From NCBI RefSeq assembly GCF_009914755.1, contig NC_060932.1: a stretch of DNA of 64,000 nt, one strand, 5' to 3'. A program made the position numbers and the translations under genes. Origin of the DNA: the human T2T-CHM13v2.0 reference genome, Homo sapiens. The notes under the pieces were generated by a model. The model was not told the origin of the DNA. It was given only the letters and a program-made list of their open reading frames with translations, and ran no database searches. Below, in pieces: positions 40,845-55,300 of this stretch. Within the stretch, counting starts at the first letter, position 1; the number at the start of each line of letters is the position of its first letter.

Positions 40845-42510
40845 GCTTTCATCAGTGTTGTCCTAGAGGGTGCAATAAGGCAAGAAGAAGAACTAATATG
40901 CATAAAGAATGAAAAGGAAGAAGTAAATTGCCTCTATTCACAGACAATACAGAGTATCCTAAGGAATCCTCAACACAACTACTAAGGAGAACTAATCTAT
41001 GAACTTCACAATGTGATAAAATTAAAAATCAATATTTAAAAACCACTTTTATTTCTACACATTATTAGAAAAACATAATTGGATAATAAAATTTCCAAAG
41101 CAATGTTACTTATAACATCAAAACCATAAAATATTTAAAAATAAAATTAACAAAAGATATGAAAGACCTCTACAATAAAAAACAGAGAGAAATTAAAGGA
41201 GGCCTATATAAATGCAATAATGCCATGTTCAAAGAGTAGAAGATTCAATAATGTTAACACATCGATTCTTCCTGAATTAATCCATAGATGCAGTACAATC
41301 CCAACAGGCATGTTTTTAAAGAAATTGATAAATTAATTTTAAAATTGTTATAAAAAAGCAAAAGACCTAGAATAGCTATAACTATATTTAAAAAGAACAA
41401 ACTTGAATGATTCACAATGCCTGATTTCCAAGTTACTTTTATAGTTACAGCATCCAGACAATATGATATTGAGATAAGACAGACAGAAAATAAATTAAAC
41501 AGACCCAAATATACACAGGCAGTTAATTTTTGACAAAGATGTAAGTTAAATGCAATGGGGAAAGGAAAATTGTTTCAACAAATGTTATTGGAATAACTGG
41601 ATAACATGAATTTCAATCCTTATTTGACACCTTATACACATATTAATTTGAAATGCATCATAGTCCTAAATATGAGAGCAAAAATTATAAAACTTCTAGA
41701 AGAAAACATTGTAAAACACTTTAGTAACCCTACGTTTGGCAAAGATTTCTTTAAAAAGACATGTAGTAACATAAAATTAACATAAAATATTAACATAAAA
41801 ATAGATACATGGACCTCATCAAAATTAAAATTCAACTGGAAAACATTACCTCAACAAAATTAGCTTAAAAACACTCCATAAAAATATAAATGGCAAGACA
41901 TAGACTGGGAGAAAGTATTCTCAAATTATATATCTATAATCTTCACATGTAAGTAAAGAACTCTTGCACATAATTAACCAAACCACAAATGATCAATTAC
42001 AAATGGACAAAAGAATTAGCATCCAAAAGAAGATATATCAATGGTTAACACATGAAAAGTTCTCAGCACAATTAGTAATGATGGAAATGCAAATCAAAAC
42101 CAGAGATTCCCTTTCCTATCACTAGAATGGCTACAATAAAAAGTGTTGACAACACCAAATATTGAGGAGGATGTGGTAGATCTGCAATTCTCAGACATCA
42201 CTGGCAGGGTGAAAATTTAAGAACTTTAGGAAACATTTGAGAGGTTTTTAGTAAGTTGTATCCGTACCTACTCTACAAGTAGTTGTACTTCAATATATTT
42301 TAGTAGTTATACTTCAATATATTTACCCAAGGGGAATAAAAATGCATTTCCTCACAAAGAATTGTACATGGACGTTCACAGCAACATTAATCACATTATT
42401 CATAATACCCAAAGAGTGAAAACAATTCTAATGTCTATCAACCAACAAAAGAATAAACAAAATGTTTTATATTCATACAATTAAATATTATTCAGGAATT
42501 CAAAGTATAA
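40845..42510 (+). mobile_element. Old L1 (L1M/L1MC-like) ORF2 3' half and 3' UTR
   Basis: aaaggaagaagtaaattgcctctattcacagac...aaagacctctaca...aaaacttctagaagaaaacat...gaaatgcaaatcaaaacca. Confidence 0.85.
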
Positions 42511-43349
42511 GCTTTACACTCCTATGCACGCGCGCACACACACACACACACAAATAATAAAGGCTTCATTTGTTGTAGTTGAGTTCTGTTGCTTCTAGAT
42601 GCCTACACAACCCTCAAGGCTTCAAAATAGCCTCTTCCAGAAAAAACATTTAAAAATATTCACCCCTGACATGGCTCCAATTGTGGGAACACAGTTTATT
42701 CAGGGTAATAAACGGAATTTTACATCTTCTCTTCTTTTGTGCTTAAAGAAGTGTTTTAAAATGTTTCATTTATTTTAATGTGAGATTAAAGTGGAGAAAA
42801 AGGTTATTAAAGTGTAATTATGATATAATACATCCTTCTATTTTTGTTATACTAGGAGAAGAGTGTTAATATAATGAAATACCTACCTTTAATTTTACAA
42901 TAGATGAAGGCTACATTCATTTGCAACTTTTGTTTAAAGAATCTGAATTAGAGGAAAATGTTTGCTTACTTCTGTGAATAAAAAAATGAAACCAAGTTTA
43001 ATAGAAATTAAAATAAGAAGAAATCAAAGAAAAATGATTTATCAAAACTTATTATTTACTTACAATAGGTTTAAGCCTTCACATTATATAAATTATATAT
43101 ATCAGTAAAGGGTCTTTCAGCTTCTCTCCAGGACCCTTGGCACACCTATAAATTTGAATAAATCTTTCCAGCCTCTTTTTTCTGGTGAATTCTTTCACTA
43201 CAAATTTAAATACTTATTGTAAGCAAGTAATATTTTATATAGTTATTATATTTCTTCATTTCAAGAGCACATGCATATCTTAATTCATTCTAGATGATCC
43301 CAATTTGTGGAATGTTACAGCTTGTGTTCATGTGTAATTATGTACCATT

Positions 43350-43612
43350 AAAATAATAATAGCTGTCATTCATTCAGAACCTCCTATACCTGACACTGTG
43401 CTAACTATATCACACACATTATCTCAACTAATCCTCACAACAGGCCTAGGAAGTAGGGACAATAATTAATCTCCATGTTGCAGATGAGAATTCAGAAGCT
43501 CAGAGAAATTAAGAAACATAACCAAAGTCTCACTGTTAGGAAATACCAGAGCAGGATTTGAACTAAGTTCTTCAAGACTTTACAGCCTGTAGTTTTAAAA
43601 GCCAGGCATACT
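43350..43612 (-). mobile_element. MIR SINE (near full length)
   Basis: cctgacactgtgcta...aatcctcacaac...gcagatgagaa...gctcagaga...gatttgaact. Confidence 0.8.
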
Positions 43613-44029
43613 GCTGCTTGGTTCTCTGAACTTAATACAGGTTATTATGCATAACTAATGTCACCCATGAAGGGCCTGACACCGGATGTCTTAGATAACA
43701 CAAAGAGAAACTGTCCACAGCTTTACTGTGGCTCTTCCCATAGCCCTGGAGCTGTCTGGGTGAGTGGCCCTAAGCAGTATAAATACTGAGATTACCTCGT
43801 TGTAAACATAACATCACTAGGCTTCAGTGATACCCAATTTCTAGTTGTATTTTACCTTATACTTTGTTCATAAAGATCTCCTTACCAAATATATCAGATG
43901 GATTATGGATTTATTTCTTCTACCAAAGCCCTGCTAAAAGAATAGTAAATGTGTTTCAAATTGTATTAATCTACCAGGGCAATAATAGGAGGAGAAGGAT
44001 GCTTGGAAAATAGAATAGGAAAAAAATAA

Positions 44030-45200
44030 TGACTTTAGACAACTACCAAATATGAATCTTGATATAGAAAATTATATTTAAAATAAAAATTCAAGTAAAC
44101 CTCACAGAACATAAAACAAAAAGTCAAAAATATGGAAAATATAAAAGAAAAAGTAATAAACATTTCCAATATCTTTAGAGTAATATTTCTAGAGAGAGAA
44201 CAAAGAAAATAAAGGGGAAAGAATTATCACATATAAAACTCAATAAACAATTTTAAAGGTAAAAGACATAAGCCCCTAAATTTGACTAGCTCACTAAGTA
44301 CCCAAAAAAGCGAATAAAATAAAAAGATGAACCCAAATGATACCACCTTGAAATTTCAGAATTAGATGTTCTACAAGAAAAGCTCCCAGAAGAAAGAAAG
44401 TAGTCTCCAAAGGAGGAACAGAAATCAAATAACATCAGACCCCTCAACAGCAATGCTGGATCCTAGAAGACAATGTAGTCAGATCTTCAACATTCTAAAG
44501 AAAAAAATATTTTTCACCTAAAATGTTGTATAATATATTGCTGAAATGTAAAGATGAAGATATTTGCAAGCATGCAAAGTATATAACATTAGTAGGATAA
44601 CAGCATATGCTAAAATAAAGGAATACTATTATGATATATATATATATGTAAACAAATGTGTGTGTGTGTGTGTATTTGAAGATTATTTCTTGCTCTTCTA
44701 AAGGACCATGGTAACAATCCATGCTACTAGATGTCGCTCTTCATGTGGTCACTCAGGGAACTCAGACCAAAAAGGCCCTGCCACCTCCAACAAGTACATA
44801 GAGGACACAGAGGGGGAACGAACTTGAGAGGCCACACGTGAGAGGCTTTTACAAGCCAGACCTGGAAGTGGCATATCACTTTGCACATTCCATTGGTCAT
44901 AATTTAGCTTCATGGGAGATGAGAATTATAACCATATACCTAGAAAGAAGAGGAAATGGACTTCGGTAAACAAATAGCAGTCGTCTTTGCCAAACAAAGA
45001 CTGGCAAATATACTTTCAATGATTGGTTCTTAGAAAATTACTGAAAGATACACTTCAGCAAAATGAGGGAGTAAAGCAAGAATGAGGACACACTATAGGA
45101 TTTAAGACACAGAAGATGGAGAGTACAGTAATGAAGACAAACCGTAGAACCAGAGAACAGACAGACCATGTTGAAGCATGAGGAATAAGAGGTTTGTTAG
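44030..45200 (+). mobile_element. HAL1/old L1 ORF1-like fragments interrupted by a MaLR fragment (~44690-44990)
   Basis: catcagacccctcaacagcaatgctgga..ctagaagacaatg and cagcaaaatgagggagtaaa; the MLT1-like insert contains ccagacctggaagtggcata..acattccattggtca. Confidence 0.5.
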
Positions 45201-45574
45201 TTAACCCAATCGATGTGAGCTATTCCTACAAACTTGATGAAGAAGTGATTACCAATTCTTCAGAAATATGTTTCCCCTCCACTGGGAAATGTCAAAATAG
45301 GCAACTTTCTTTTCTCAGTCTTCAGGGGGCTGTGTCATCCTTACTTGAAAGCGGACTCTGTGGTGCTCCCTATGCTGAGCTCTACCAGGTGGGACTAGGC
45401 TCTTTCCTCTGCCTGTCCCCCCATGACACCCTAAAAATCTGGGAAAGTTGGTTTGGCTTAGCAGCACCCTCAGAACATGAACTCTGCTCACCATACTAGG
45501 TTCCCACTTTAATTTACCTTTTACTTTGGCCTCTGATAATTCTTTGTTTTCTAGCCAGATCTTTGATGCACTTT

Positions 45575-45901
45575 CTTTACTTTTTTCTCTTATTTATCTG
45601 TTTATTTATTTAGAGACAGGGTCTTGTTCTGTTACCTAGCCTGGAGAGCAGTGATACAATCATACCTCACCACAACCTCAGGCCTGCCAGACTCAAGCAA
45701 TTCTTCTACTTCAGCCTCCTGAGTAGCTGGGACCACAGAAGCGCACCACAATGCCCAGTTAATTTTTTAAATATTTTGTAGAGACAGAGTCTCAGCATGT
45801 TGCCCAGGGTGGTCTTGAACTTCTGAGCTCAAGTGATTCTCTGGCCTTGGCCTCTCAAACTGCTGGAATTACAGGAGTGAGCCACAGCACTCAGCCTGGC
45901 C
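45575..45901 (-). mobile_element. AluJ SINE
   Basis: gagacagggtcttg...ctcaagcaatt...ttgtagagacag...gagctcaagtgat are AluJ-type features. Confidence 0.88.
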
Positions 45902-45954
45902 TGGGGCACTTTCAATAGCAGAGAGTCATTTTCAGCAGAAGGACTCTTCCTCCA

Positions 45955-46220
45955 TCCTGTTCTCATGATAGTGAGTGAGTTGTCATGTGATCTGATGGTT
46001 TTATAAGACGCTTTTCCTCCTTTTGCTCTTCACTTCTCCTTGCTGCCACAATGTGAAGAAGGACATGTTTGCTTCCACTTATATACCATGATTGTTAAGT
46101 TTCCTGAGGCCTCCCCAGCCATGCTGAACTGTCAGTCAATTGTCAGTTAAATCTCTTTCCTTTATGAATTACCCAGTCTTGGGTATGTCTCTACTAGCAG
46201 CATGAAAACAAAATAATACA
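45955..46220 (+). mobile_element. THE1 LTR, 5'-truncated
   Basis: gttctcatgatagtgagtgag...gtttcctgaggcctccccagccatgctgaactgt...ttacccagtcttgggtatgtc...aataca. Confidence 0.85.
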
Positions 46221-46323
46221 AGATATTTCTCTTATTTGCTTTGAAACTAAAATAGGGGCTACCACTTTAGTAGGGTGATCAAAAAGAAAAGAAAAACAAC
46301 TTAGATATATGAAGCAGAGCTTA

Positions 46324-46641
<318 letters not shown>

Positions 46642-46921
46642 ATACATGAAACAGCATATAACAGAAGCAAAAAGTATGTCTTTGATGTTGTAAGCTACTG
46701 AGATTTTGAGCTATTTATTATCACAATAGAACGTAACAAAAATTGGCTAACAGAGAAATAATTTAAGTAAGGGAGTACTTAGAATAGTTTTATTATTTCC
46801 CCTTAGAACTCCTGTACTGGTCCAGTAATTTTTTTTTTTTTTTTTGCTTAAGCTACTTTTATTCTTTGAAAATCAACACTCTCTATATATAATCAAAACA
46901 TTTTGTTAGGAAATACAAGTA

Positions 46922-47358
46922 CAGTAGACCCTTCAACAACGTGGGAGTCAGGGCACTGATGCCCACACAGCAGAAAATTTGAGTATAAGTTTTGACTCCC
47001 CCAAACCTTAACTACTAATAGTCTTATTGTTGAACAAAATCCTTACCCATAACATAACACGTTTTGTATGTTATATTTATCATATACTGTGTTCCCATAA
47101 TAAAGTAAGCTTGATAAAAGAATATGTTAAGAAAATCATAAAGAAGAGAAAATACATTAACTATTTTCTTTCTATTCGCTAAGTGAAAGTGGATTAATAC
47201 AAAAATCTTCATCTTCATCGTCTTCATGTTGAATAGACTGAGGAGGAGGAGGAAAAGAATGGGTTGGGCTCACTGTCTCAGGGACGGCAGAGGTAGAAGA
47301 AAAGCTATGTGTAAGTGGACCCATGCAGTTCAAACCTGTGTTGTTCAAGGGTCAACTG
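46922..47358. mobile_element. Tigger2a (MER28-type) DNA transposon
   Basis: TIRs cagtagacccttcaacaac / gttgttcaagggtcaactg with TA target duplications on both sides. Confidence 0.88.
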
Positions 47359-48275
47359 TAATTAGCTTGTAACTTTTCACATTAGTCTGTAAGCCAAAAT
47401 ATCATAAGCAATTGACTCAATGTAATTATAAACATATCATCATACTAAAAAACACAATATGTGGCCTTTCCAACCAGGGCTATTGTTTGTATTGGATAAT
47501 TTTCAATAAGCAGAGGGTTGCCTGAAATGCAATTTCCTAATTTAGTAAGTGATTGCATAAAATACTCACAAATATCTTTGCTTTTTAGTTCTTTTTAATT
47601 TTAAAAGCAATGGAATAAAACATCAATGGAGAAAATAATATATGGGTAAGTTGACCAAAAACTTAATCTGAAGTCATAAAAACTCTATTAAAACTACCTA
47701 TCATTGTAGATAAAAGTGATTTCAATTATATTTATAAAGATCTGTCAACTTTTCTCATAAAAACAATACCTTATAAATAAATATTCAAACCTCTGAATTT
47801 TAAGATTCAGTTTAGACATATGTTATGAGTTGGATTCTTACCATTGTAATTTCTCAAGTCACACATACCCTATGTTATATTGACTAAAATTTCTCACTGC
47901 CAAATCCTCAAAATACAAAATCTTGATATAAGTTCAGTTCCCTTCCTTAGAAAAGGTAGGAAATTAAATATTATTTTACTAAATATGCCAGTTAACTGAA
48001 TTACACTTTACCTATAAATTAATAATTGGAAAAAAGAATGCATTATAATTCTTAACACCAACACTGCTTATAATATATTTTATTATTTGTGAAGTTTCTG
48101 TTTATTTTCTTAACATAGGGATATCATCAATACTAATTACAATATGGCTATGTACACATAGGATGTATAGAAAATTATAGTAAAAAACCAATAGGTTTAT
48201 AGTGTAAAAATGCTATCATATATGTTAGATATTGCTTTTTAGTAAAACAAATTATTGCCATCAATAGTCCATCTT

Positions 48276-48577
48276 TGTTGGGTGCTGTGGCTCATGCCTG
48301 TAATCCCAGCACTTTGGGAGGCCAAGGTTAGTGGATCACTTGAGGCCAGGAGTTCGAGATAAGCCTGGGCAACATGGCAAAACCCAGTCTCCACTGAAAA
48401 ACACACAAAAAATTAGCCAGGCATGGTGGCATGTGCGCCTGTAATTCCAACCACTCAGGAGGCTGAAGCACAAGAATCCTTTGAACCCCGAAGGCAGAGT
48501 CACACCACTGCACTCCACCCTGGGCGAGAGAGCGAGACCCTGTCTTAAAAAACAAAAACAAAACGAAACAAAACAAA
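48276..48577 (+). mobile_element. AluJ SINE
   Basis: gaggccaggagttcgag..agcctgggcaacatgg, gagaccctgtct; (CAAAA)n tail; TSD TCCATCTT. Confidence 0.88.
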
Positions 48578-48729
48578 ATCCATCTTCAAGTTTATTTAGC
48601 ATCTAATGAATGCACGTTACTATCTGAGTATTGTGTGCGAAAGAAAGAGAAGGCATAATCTTTCCTTTCAATAAGATTATAATTTAGTTCAGATGATGGA
48701 CCACAGGACTACACCATTTTATTCCCTTC

Positions 48730-49625
48730 TACTCGATCCACATGGGTAGAAAAGCCTCTTGAGAAAGTTGTTGCTACTTACAGTCTTCACTTCCCATTTC
48801 CCCATTCACTTCCAACCCACTGTAGAGTGGCTTCCATGTCCATCATTTCATTCTAGCTGTTCTCACCTAGTTAAACCACCTTATTGCTAAATCCAATAAA
48901 ACTTCCTAGTCCTTACCTTTGTAGCATTGGCTACTGGTGACCATTTGCTCTTCCTTGGAATGCTCTGGGATCCTAGGGCCTCACGGGTATCATGTTCTTC
49001 ATCTTCTCTTCCTTTTTCTCAATGACTCCTTTGTGTTCCCAACCTCTGAGTTTCTCATCTACTGACATTCCTTAATTTGGGGTGCTACTTAGGCTAATGT
49101 ATGCTATCTTTTCACACATCCTCATCCACCCTATGGTTTACATTTCCACTTACATACTAATAACTCCCAAATATATATTTGCAGCCCAAATATTTTTCTG
49201 AATTATGGACACAAATCTCTACTTGGATGTCCCCCAGGCATCTCAAACTAAACATGTCAAAATAATATCCAAACCTGTTAAAACGGCTTAGGGGGCTGTA
49301 GTATTCCTGCTTCTAACTTTAATGCCTTGAATATGCCATGCTTTCTGTTGCCCCAGGGCCTTTGCTAATGACAGGACCATAATCCCTTCCTGACTTACAC
49401 TGTCCTACCTAGTCAGCCTATCAAACTCGAATTCTTCCCCAAACCTTAACTTGCTCCTCAAAGTATGTGTTTGGGAACCTCCGAGGTGCTACCATCACAC
49501 TGTATTATACCACCTATACACCTTATTAGACTGTGAGCCTTCTGAGGATAAATGCCATGTCTCAGCTGTTCCCCATGCATCTCCAGGAACTGGAGCAGTA
49601 GCTGGTTCTGAGAAGCTGCTCAGCT
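48730..49625 (+). mobile_element. L2 LINE fragment
   Basis: ccttattgctaaatccaat...cttggatgtcccccaggcatctcaaactaaacatgtc...agactgtgagccttctgagg. Confidence 0.75.
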
Positions 49626-49639
49626 ATGTGCCTTATAGT

Positions 49640-49865
49640 AAGTATATAGCGGTTAAGGGCCAGGTCTGCAGAGCAAGCCACCTGGGTTTTGTCATTTACT
49701 ACCTGTGTCACTTTAGATAAGCTGCTTAACTTCTTGGTCCCCAAATTGTGGTTATAATTGTTTTCATTTCATGCAATTATTGTGAGAATTAAATGAGTTA
49801 ATCTTTACAAAGTGTGCACAATAAGTGCCAGACACATGAGAATTGCTAAAGATTAGCTATTATTT
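49640..49865 (+). mobile_element. MIR SINE
   Basis: agcggttaag...tgtgtcactttagataag..cttaacttct...ttgtgagaattaaatgagttaat. Confidence 0.8.
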
Positions 49866-50539
49866 TCAGTTGAAAATTATTTGTATTGTGTTTTTGCTAC
49901 CCTGATGCAGCAACAAATTCACTAAAAATAACTGAAATCTAGTGCTGGGCCTTAGAGTTGTGTGGCCTGAGATGACAGAAAAATCTAACTGGACTGTATT
50001 GTTAATTACAGCAGCTACCTCATAATGCACAGAGTAGGGAGGAGTCAATTTTCCAGCCTCTTTCTCTGTCTTCCCTGCCTAGATCCTCCTATTTCCTTTA
50101 AGGAAAGACCAGATTGATTGGACCCCCAGTTACACTAATAAGGTTCTTAACCATTACATAAAACTAGATGGGGAAACATAGGCTGAATTTTCAGCCTCTG
50201 TTCTCTTAAACTGCATTCTCACTGAAGAGTCAGAGGGAAGTAGGAGATCTCACTTAGACCTTAAGTAAAAGCCATGCATTCCGACAGAGTCTTGGACCAG
50301 AATTCTTTTAGGAGTCAAGTGCTTGTATAACAATTAAAGTTCTCTGATTTATGTCCTGCTCCTGTTTCAGCATAATATAGAATGACTTGGGAAACTGATA
50401 GGGGAAGATTCTAGCATTCTCGTGGCCTTGACTGAAACACCACATAAAGTAGAAAACTAACAATTATATTTCTAATACAATGTCTACCTGGGGAGCCAGA
50501 CTAGGGATGGTAGATGACCTGGGCTGAGTCCCCTCCTAG

Positions 50540-51030
50540 ACAGAGTACAAAGGTGGGTAAGAAAGTCCTGCCTCAGAGAGTTGACAGTCTGGTAAAAGGG
50601 ATGCATATGTGCAATACACTACAGTAAATGTTTCAATACAGGTATGCGCATAGATAGAGAGGTAAGTGGGAGTGAGGAGCTCTCCTTGAGGAAGTCAGAA
50701 AAAACTTCAAAGGAGGAAACACTCAGGAATTCTCTAGATTTAGAAAAAGGGGTCAAGTGTTCTCAGAGAGGGCTTGTGCAAAGTCTTAGGGCAAAGAGCA
50801 GGATAGATTTGAGGAAATACGTCATTCCATATGTTTTTAGATTATTTAGGGTAATATGCAGTGAGGGGCTGGCTATTGATGAAAATTAAATAGGTAAGAG
50901 CTGCATAGATCATGGAGGATGTGGTTGGTTGGTCTTCATCCTGTAATGGATAGTTAAGCTAGTAGAGAGTTCGAAGCAGTTCTGTTTACATTTTAGTATG
51001 ATCCTTTAGAGGGAATGTGGTCTGAGAAAG
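50540..51030 (-). mobile_element. L2 fragments
   Basis: cctgcctcagagagttgacagtctgg...gtcagaaaaaacttcaaaggagg...cttcatcctgtaa. Confidence 0.5.
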
Positions 51031-52344
51031 GAAGCACACTTTTCCCAGTGTGAAATTTGCCTTCACAGTATGAATCAAATGCTGAAAGTGTAAGGCTGAA
51101 TTTTCCCTAGAGGAAAGATAAAGATATTAATTCATGTTGCCATAATCACAAGCAATAACTTGAAGACAGAATACTCTAAACACAATTCTAATTTGATTAC
51201 CCCCTAAAAATGAAACAAACCTAACTAGCAAAACAGAGACAATTTGAAACTGTTAAAATTAGAAATGAGCTCATGTTTAAGTTCAATTTTATAGTCTTTT
51301 TTTATGTGGTTTCAGAAAATCTAGTAGATTCAATAAAATAAAATATCCCAGACACCTGGTATAATTAAAGCAAGTGAACCAAGTGGTAAAAATATCTCTG
51401 ATTGAGGCTACGTTTGATGTCTAGCCAGAAAGACTACAGATTCTGTGACTCTAGAGTCTGCAATAAATATATGGACTGGAGTGTGATACAGCAGAAATAC
51501 AATGAGAAATTTTTGTGGTTCAGAAAGCCACAACTTTATTTTATAAGGTTTAAGAATGCAGGTTCTTTGCTGGCTTCTTAAATATATGAATCTTAAGTAC
51601 ATTCCTATGTTTATGTGAAGTATCCAGAGGAAAACTAATTCTTACATATGTGGTGAAAATAATGAAATCTGAGTGGAGCTAACAGGAAAGCTCATGGAAG
51701 CCCTAATTGCTTTCCCATTTCCTTCCCATTCATTAGGATAAATTGAACTACCATCAAATTGTCTTTTACCTGTTGGTCACGTCTGAAAGAGGTTGCCTGC
51801 AATTTTCCACACTAGTTCCTTGTAAATGGTTCATAATTGCAAAATCTCCATTTCCCATCAGTTAAAATGTTACCTTTAACTTATGCACCCAGGGATGTTA
51901 AGTTCTAGTAACAGATAGACTCAGCAGATAAGAATGTTTTGAAAAAATACTTTTAAAAGACTCTTAAGTTCATTAAGAAGTGATTTTTACTTCCCAAAGC
52001 AGGAGGATGAGTGAGAGAAACTGCAGGGATTTATACTATAAGGTGTTTTTAACTTACAACTTTTACACACTGTGATTCTGCCTCCAATACGCAGTTTCCA
52101 TAGCAACTACCGTATCATCTGATCCTAAAGCTATTTTTGAGATGCAGATAAGTTTCTTAAGAAAATGTATCCACATCTCAAGGTAAATTTCTTTCCTAAA
52201 TCCACTCTACTCCCAATGACACCAGCAAGATTCCATTTTGACAGAAAATGTGCTAGAGCAAGTATATCTGTGTGTTCTGTTTATTGATTTCATAGTTTAT
52301 TGAAATTGAAGTTCAAATTTACTTCAAGTAAGCCTTTTTACCTT

Positions 52345-55300
52345 TTCATGTTTAACAGCTTAATTGAGATATAATTAACATATAATAAACTGCATATACT
52401 TAAAAGGTAAAATTTGATAAGTTGAACATATTGTATGTACAGATCATGGTTTCTTTATACATTCAACTATCGATGGATATTTGTGTTGTTTCTAATTTGG
52501 AGCTATTAAAAAGAAAGTGGTTATGAACGTTCATGTGCAAGCCTTTACATGGAAATATGTTTTCATTACCTAGGAATGAAGTGTCTGGATAGTATAGAAG
52601 GCATATTTTAATTTTCTAAGAAATTGCCAATTTTTTTGTCAAAATATTTGTTCCATTTTATGTTCCCACTAGTAAGGTATGAAAATTTCAATTGTCATCC
52701 TTGTCAACACTTAATATGATCAATATTTCTCATTTTAGCCATTCCAATAGCTATTAACTGGTATATCCTTTCTGTTTTAATTTGCACTTCCTGAGTGACT
52801 AATGACATTGGCCATATTTTTATGTCCTTATTTGTTACACATATATTTTCTTTGACAAATTATCTGTTTAAATGTTTTGCCCATTTTTTAAACTGGGTTA
52901 TTAGCTCATTATTGAATTTTGAGAGTTCTCTTTGCATGTTAGAGATACAAATCCTTTGTCGGGTATATGATTTGTAAATACTGCGTGCCAGTCTATTGCT
53001 TTCCCTTTCATTCTTTCAATGGCTTTGTTCAAAGAGCAGAAAGTTTTAATTTTTATGAAATTCAAACTAGCACTTTCTTTTTATGGATTATACCTTTGGT
53101 AATATGTCTAAAAAATCTTTGCTTAACCATAGAGCTAAAAACTTTCTGCTATGTTTCTTCTAGCACTTTTATAGCTTTGGCTTTTACATTTAGTCCTATA
53201 ATTGATTTAATTTTTTTGTTTAATAATATAAATTATCCTCCAAATCCTGCTATGTGGAATCCCAGAATTTTTATATCCTGTATTTTCATTTTCATTCAGT
53301 TCAGAACATTTTAATATTTCCCTTTTGGTTTCTTCTTTGTATTTTGGAGTTCTGATTTTAGGAGCATGTTTCAGTTTATAATATTTTCTGTATGAATTTA
53401 TTTCTTTCTATTATGAGGTAATTTTTAAAAAATTCCTGGCACTATTCTTTACTCTAAAATCTGCTTTGTTTGAAATTAATATAGGCACAATAGCTTCCTT
53501 TTGATTAGTGTTTGCAAGGTAAAATGTTTTATGTTTAAATTGCACTTTTTGTAGGCATCATATAGGTAGTTCTGGCTTTTTCATCTGACTTAACAATCTC
53601 TGTTTTTGGGGGGTGTTGATACCCTTACACTTGTATTTGTTTTCTATTGCTGCATAACAACTTACTAAAAATGTCATCGTTTAAAACAATATCCTTTCAC
53701 TGTATCCCAGATCTGTACCTGAGAAGTCCATGTACACTCAGATGGCTTCTCTGCTTAGTGCCATAAGGTCAAAATCAATGTGTTGGTTGTGGTGGGCTCT
53801 AACTGGGAGTATCTGTGAAGGAGTCTGCTTCCAGGTCATCAGTTGTTGGCAGAATTCTGTCACTTATGATTGTAGGACTGAGGTCCCTATTTCCTTGTTG
53901 GCTGTTAACCGAGACCTTCTTTCAACTTCTAGAGGCTGCCCAGGTTCCTTACCTCATGGTCCCCTCAGTCTTCAAGCCAGCCATGGCATATCCAATTTTT
54001 CTGAGCTTTAAATCTCTGATTCCCAGCAGAAAATCTCCCGCTTTTAAAGAGTTCAGTAATTAGATTAAGCCCTCCCAGATAATCTCCCTTTGCCATATAA
54101 TTTAATATAATTCCTGATTTTATTATCTCATCATATTCATAGTCCTATAGATTATTGGGGAGGTATCTTGTGGATCTTTTTGGGATTTTGCCTACTGTAA
54201 CCATTAACGTGATTATTTAGACAGGTTTAAATTTATAATTTTGTTTTATACTTGCTTTTTGTTTTCCTTTTTCTATTTTTGAAGTTTTTACCTATTTTCC
54301 AATTGAGTATCTTTCATTATTCTATATTATCTATTTTGTTAGATTAGCTATAACTCTGTTTTATTATTTTAATGGTTGCTTTAGGGTTTATAGTGTAGGC
54401 AGTCTGCCTTCAAGTGATATTATGCCATTTCCCATATAGTATAAGAACTTTACAGTAGTATACTTCTCTCTTGGCCATATGTTATCATGTCATACATTTT
54501 ATTTCTACATATGATGCAAGCTCTGCAGCACATGGTTACTATTTTTGCTTAAATAGTCAATTATCTTTTAATGAGTTTTTTTTAAATAATAAAGTAACTT
54601 AGATATATACCCACATAGTAAACATTTCTAAGACTTTACTTTGCACAGATTCTTATTTTTATCTGGTATCGTTTTCCTTCTGCCTGAGAGATTATCTTTA
54701 ACATTTCTTATAGTGTAGTTCTGTTGGTGATGAAATATATCAAATTTTATAGGTCTTTACATCACTTTCATTTTTGAAATATATTCTCAGTAGGCATAGA
54801 ATTCTAGTGTTCTATTTCTTCTCAGTATTTGAAAGATGTTCCTCTACTGTTTGTTGCTTATATTGTTTCTGACACCCCTAAAAAAATCTGTTCTGATTCT
54901 TACCTTTTTTCCTCTGTTACCTAATGTGCTGTTTTTTTCTCTGGCTGCTTTTAAGATTTTTTTCTTCATTACTGGTTTTGAGCAACTTGATTATGATGTG
55001 CTCTTTTGTAGTTTGCATTTCTTGGGCTTGGGGCTCATAGAGCTTCTTGAAACCATATGTTTATAATTTTCATCAAATTTGGAATTGTTTTTGCCATCAT
55101 TTCTTCACATGTATTTTCCCCTAAATATTCCTTCAGTAACTCAAACTATATGTATTTTAGAATGTGTGAAATTGTTTCAGAACTTTCTTCAATTTTCTCT
55201 CCATGTGTTTAATTTATGTAGTTTTTATTGTTATTTTCTTTAACAATGCTTAATTAATCTCAATCGGCAAAATATAGTTTCTGTCTATATCTATCTAAAT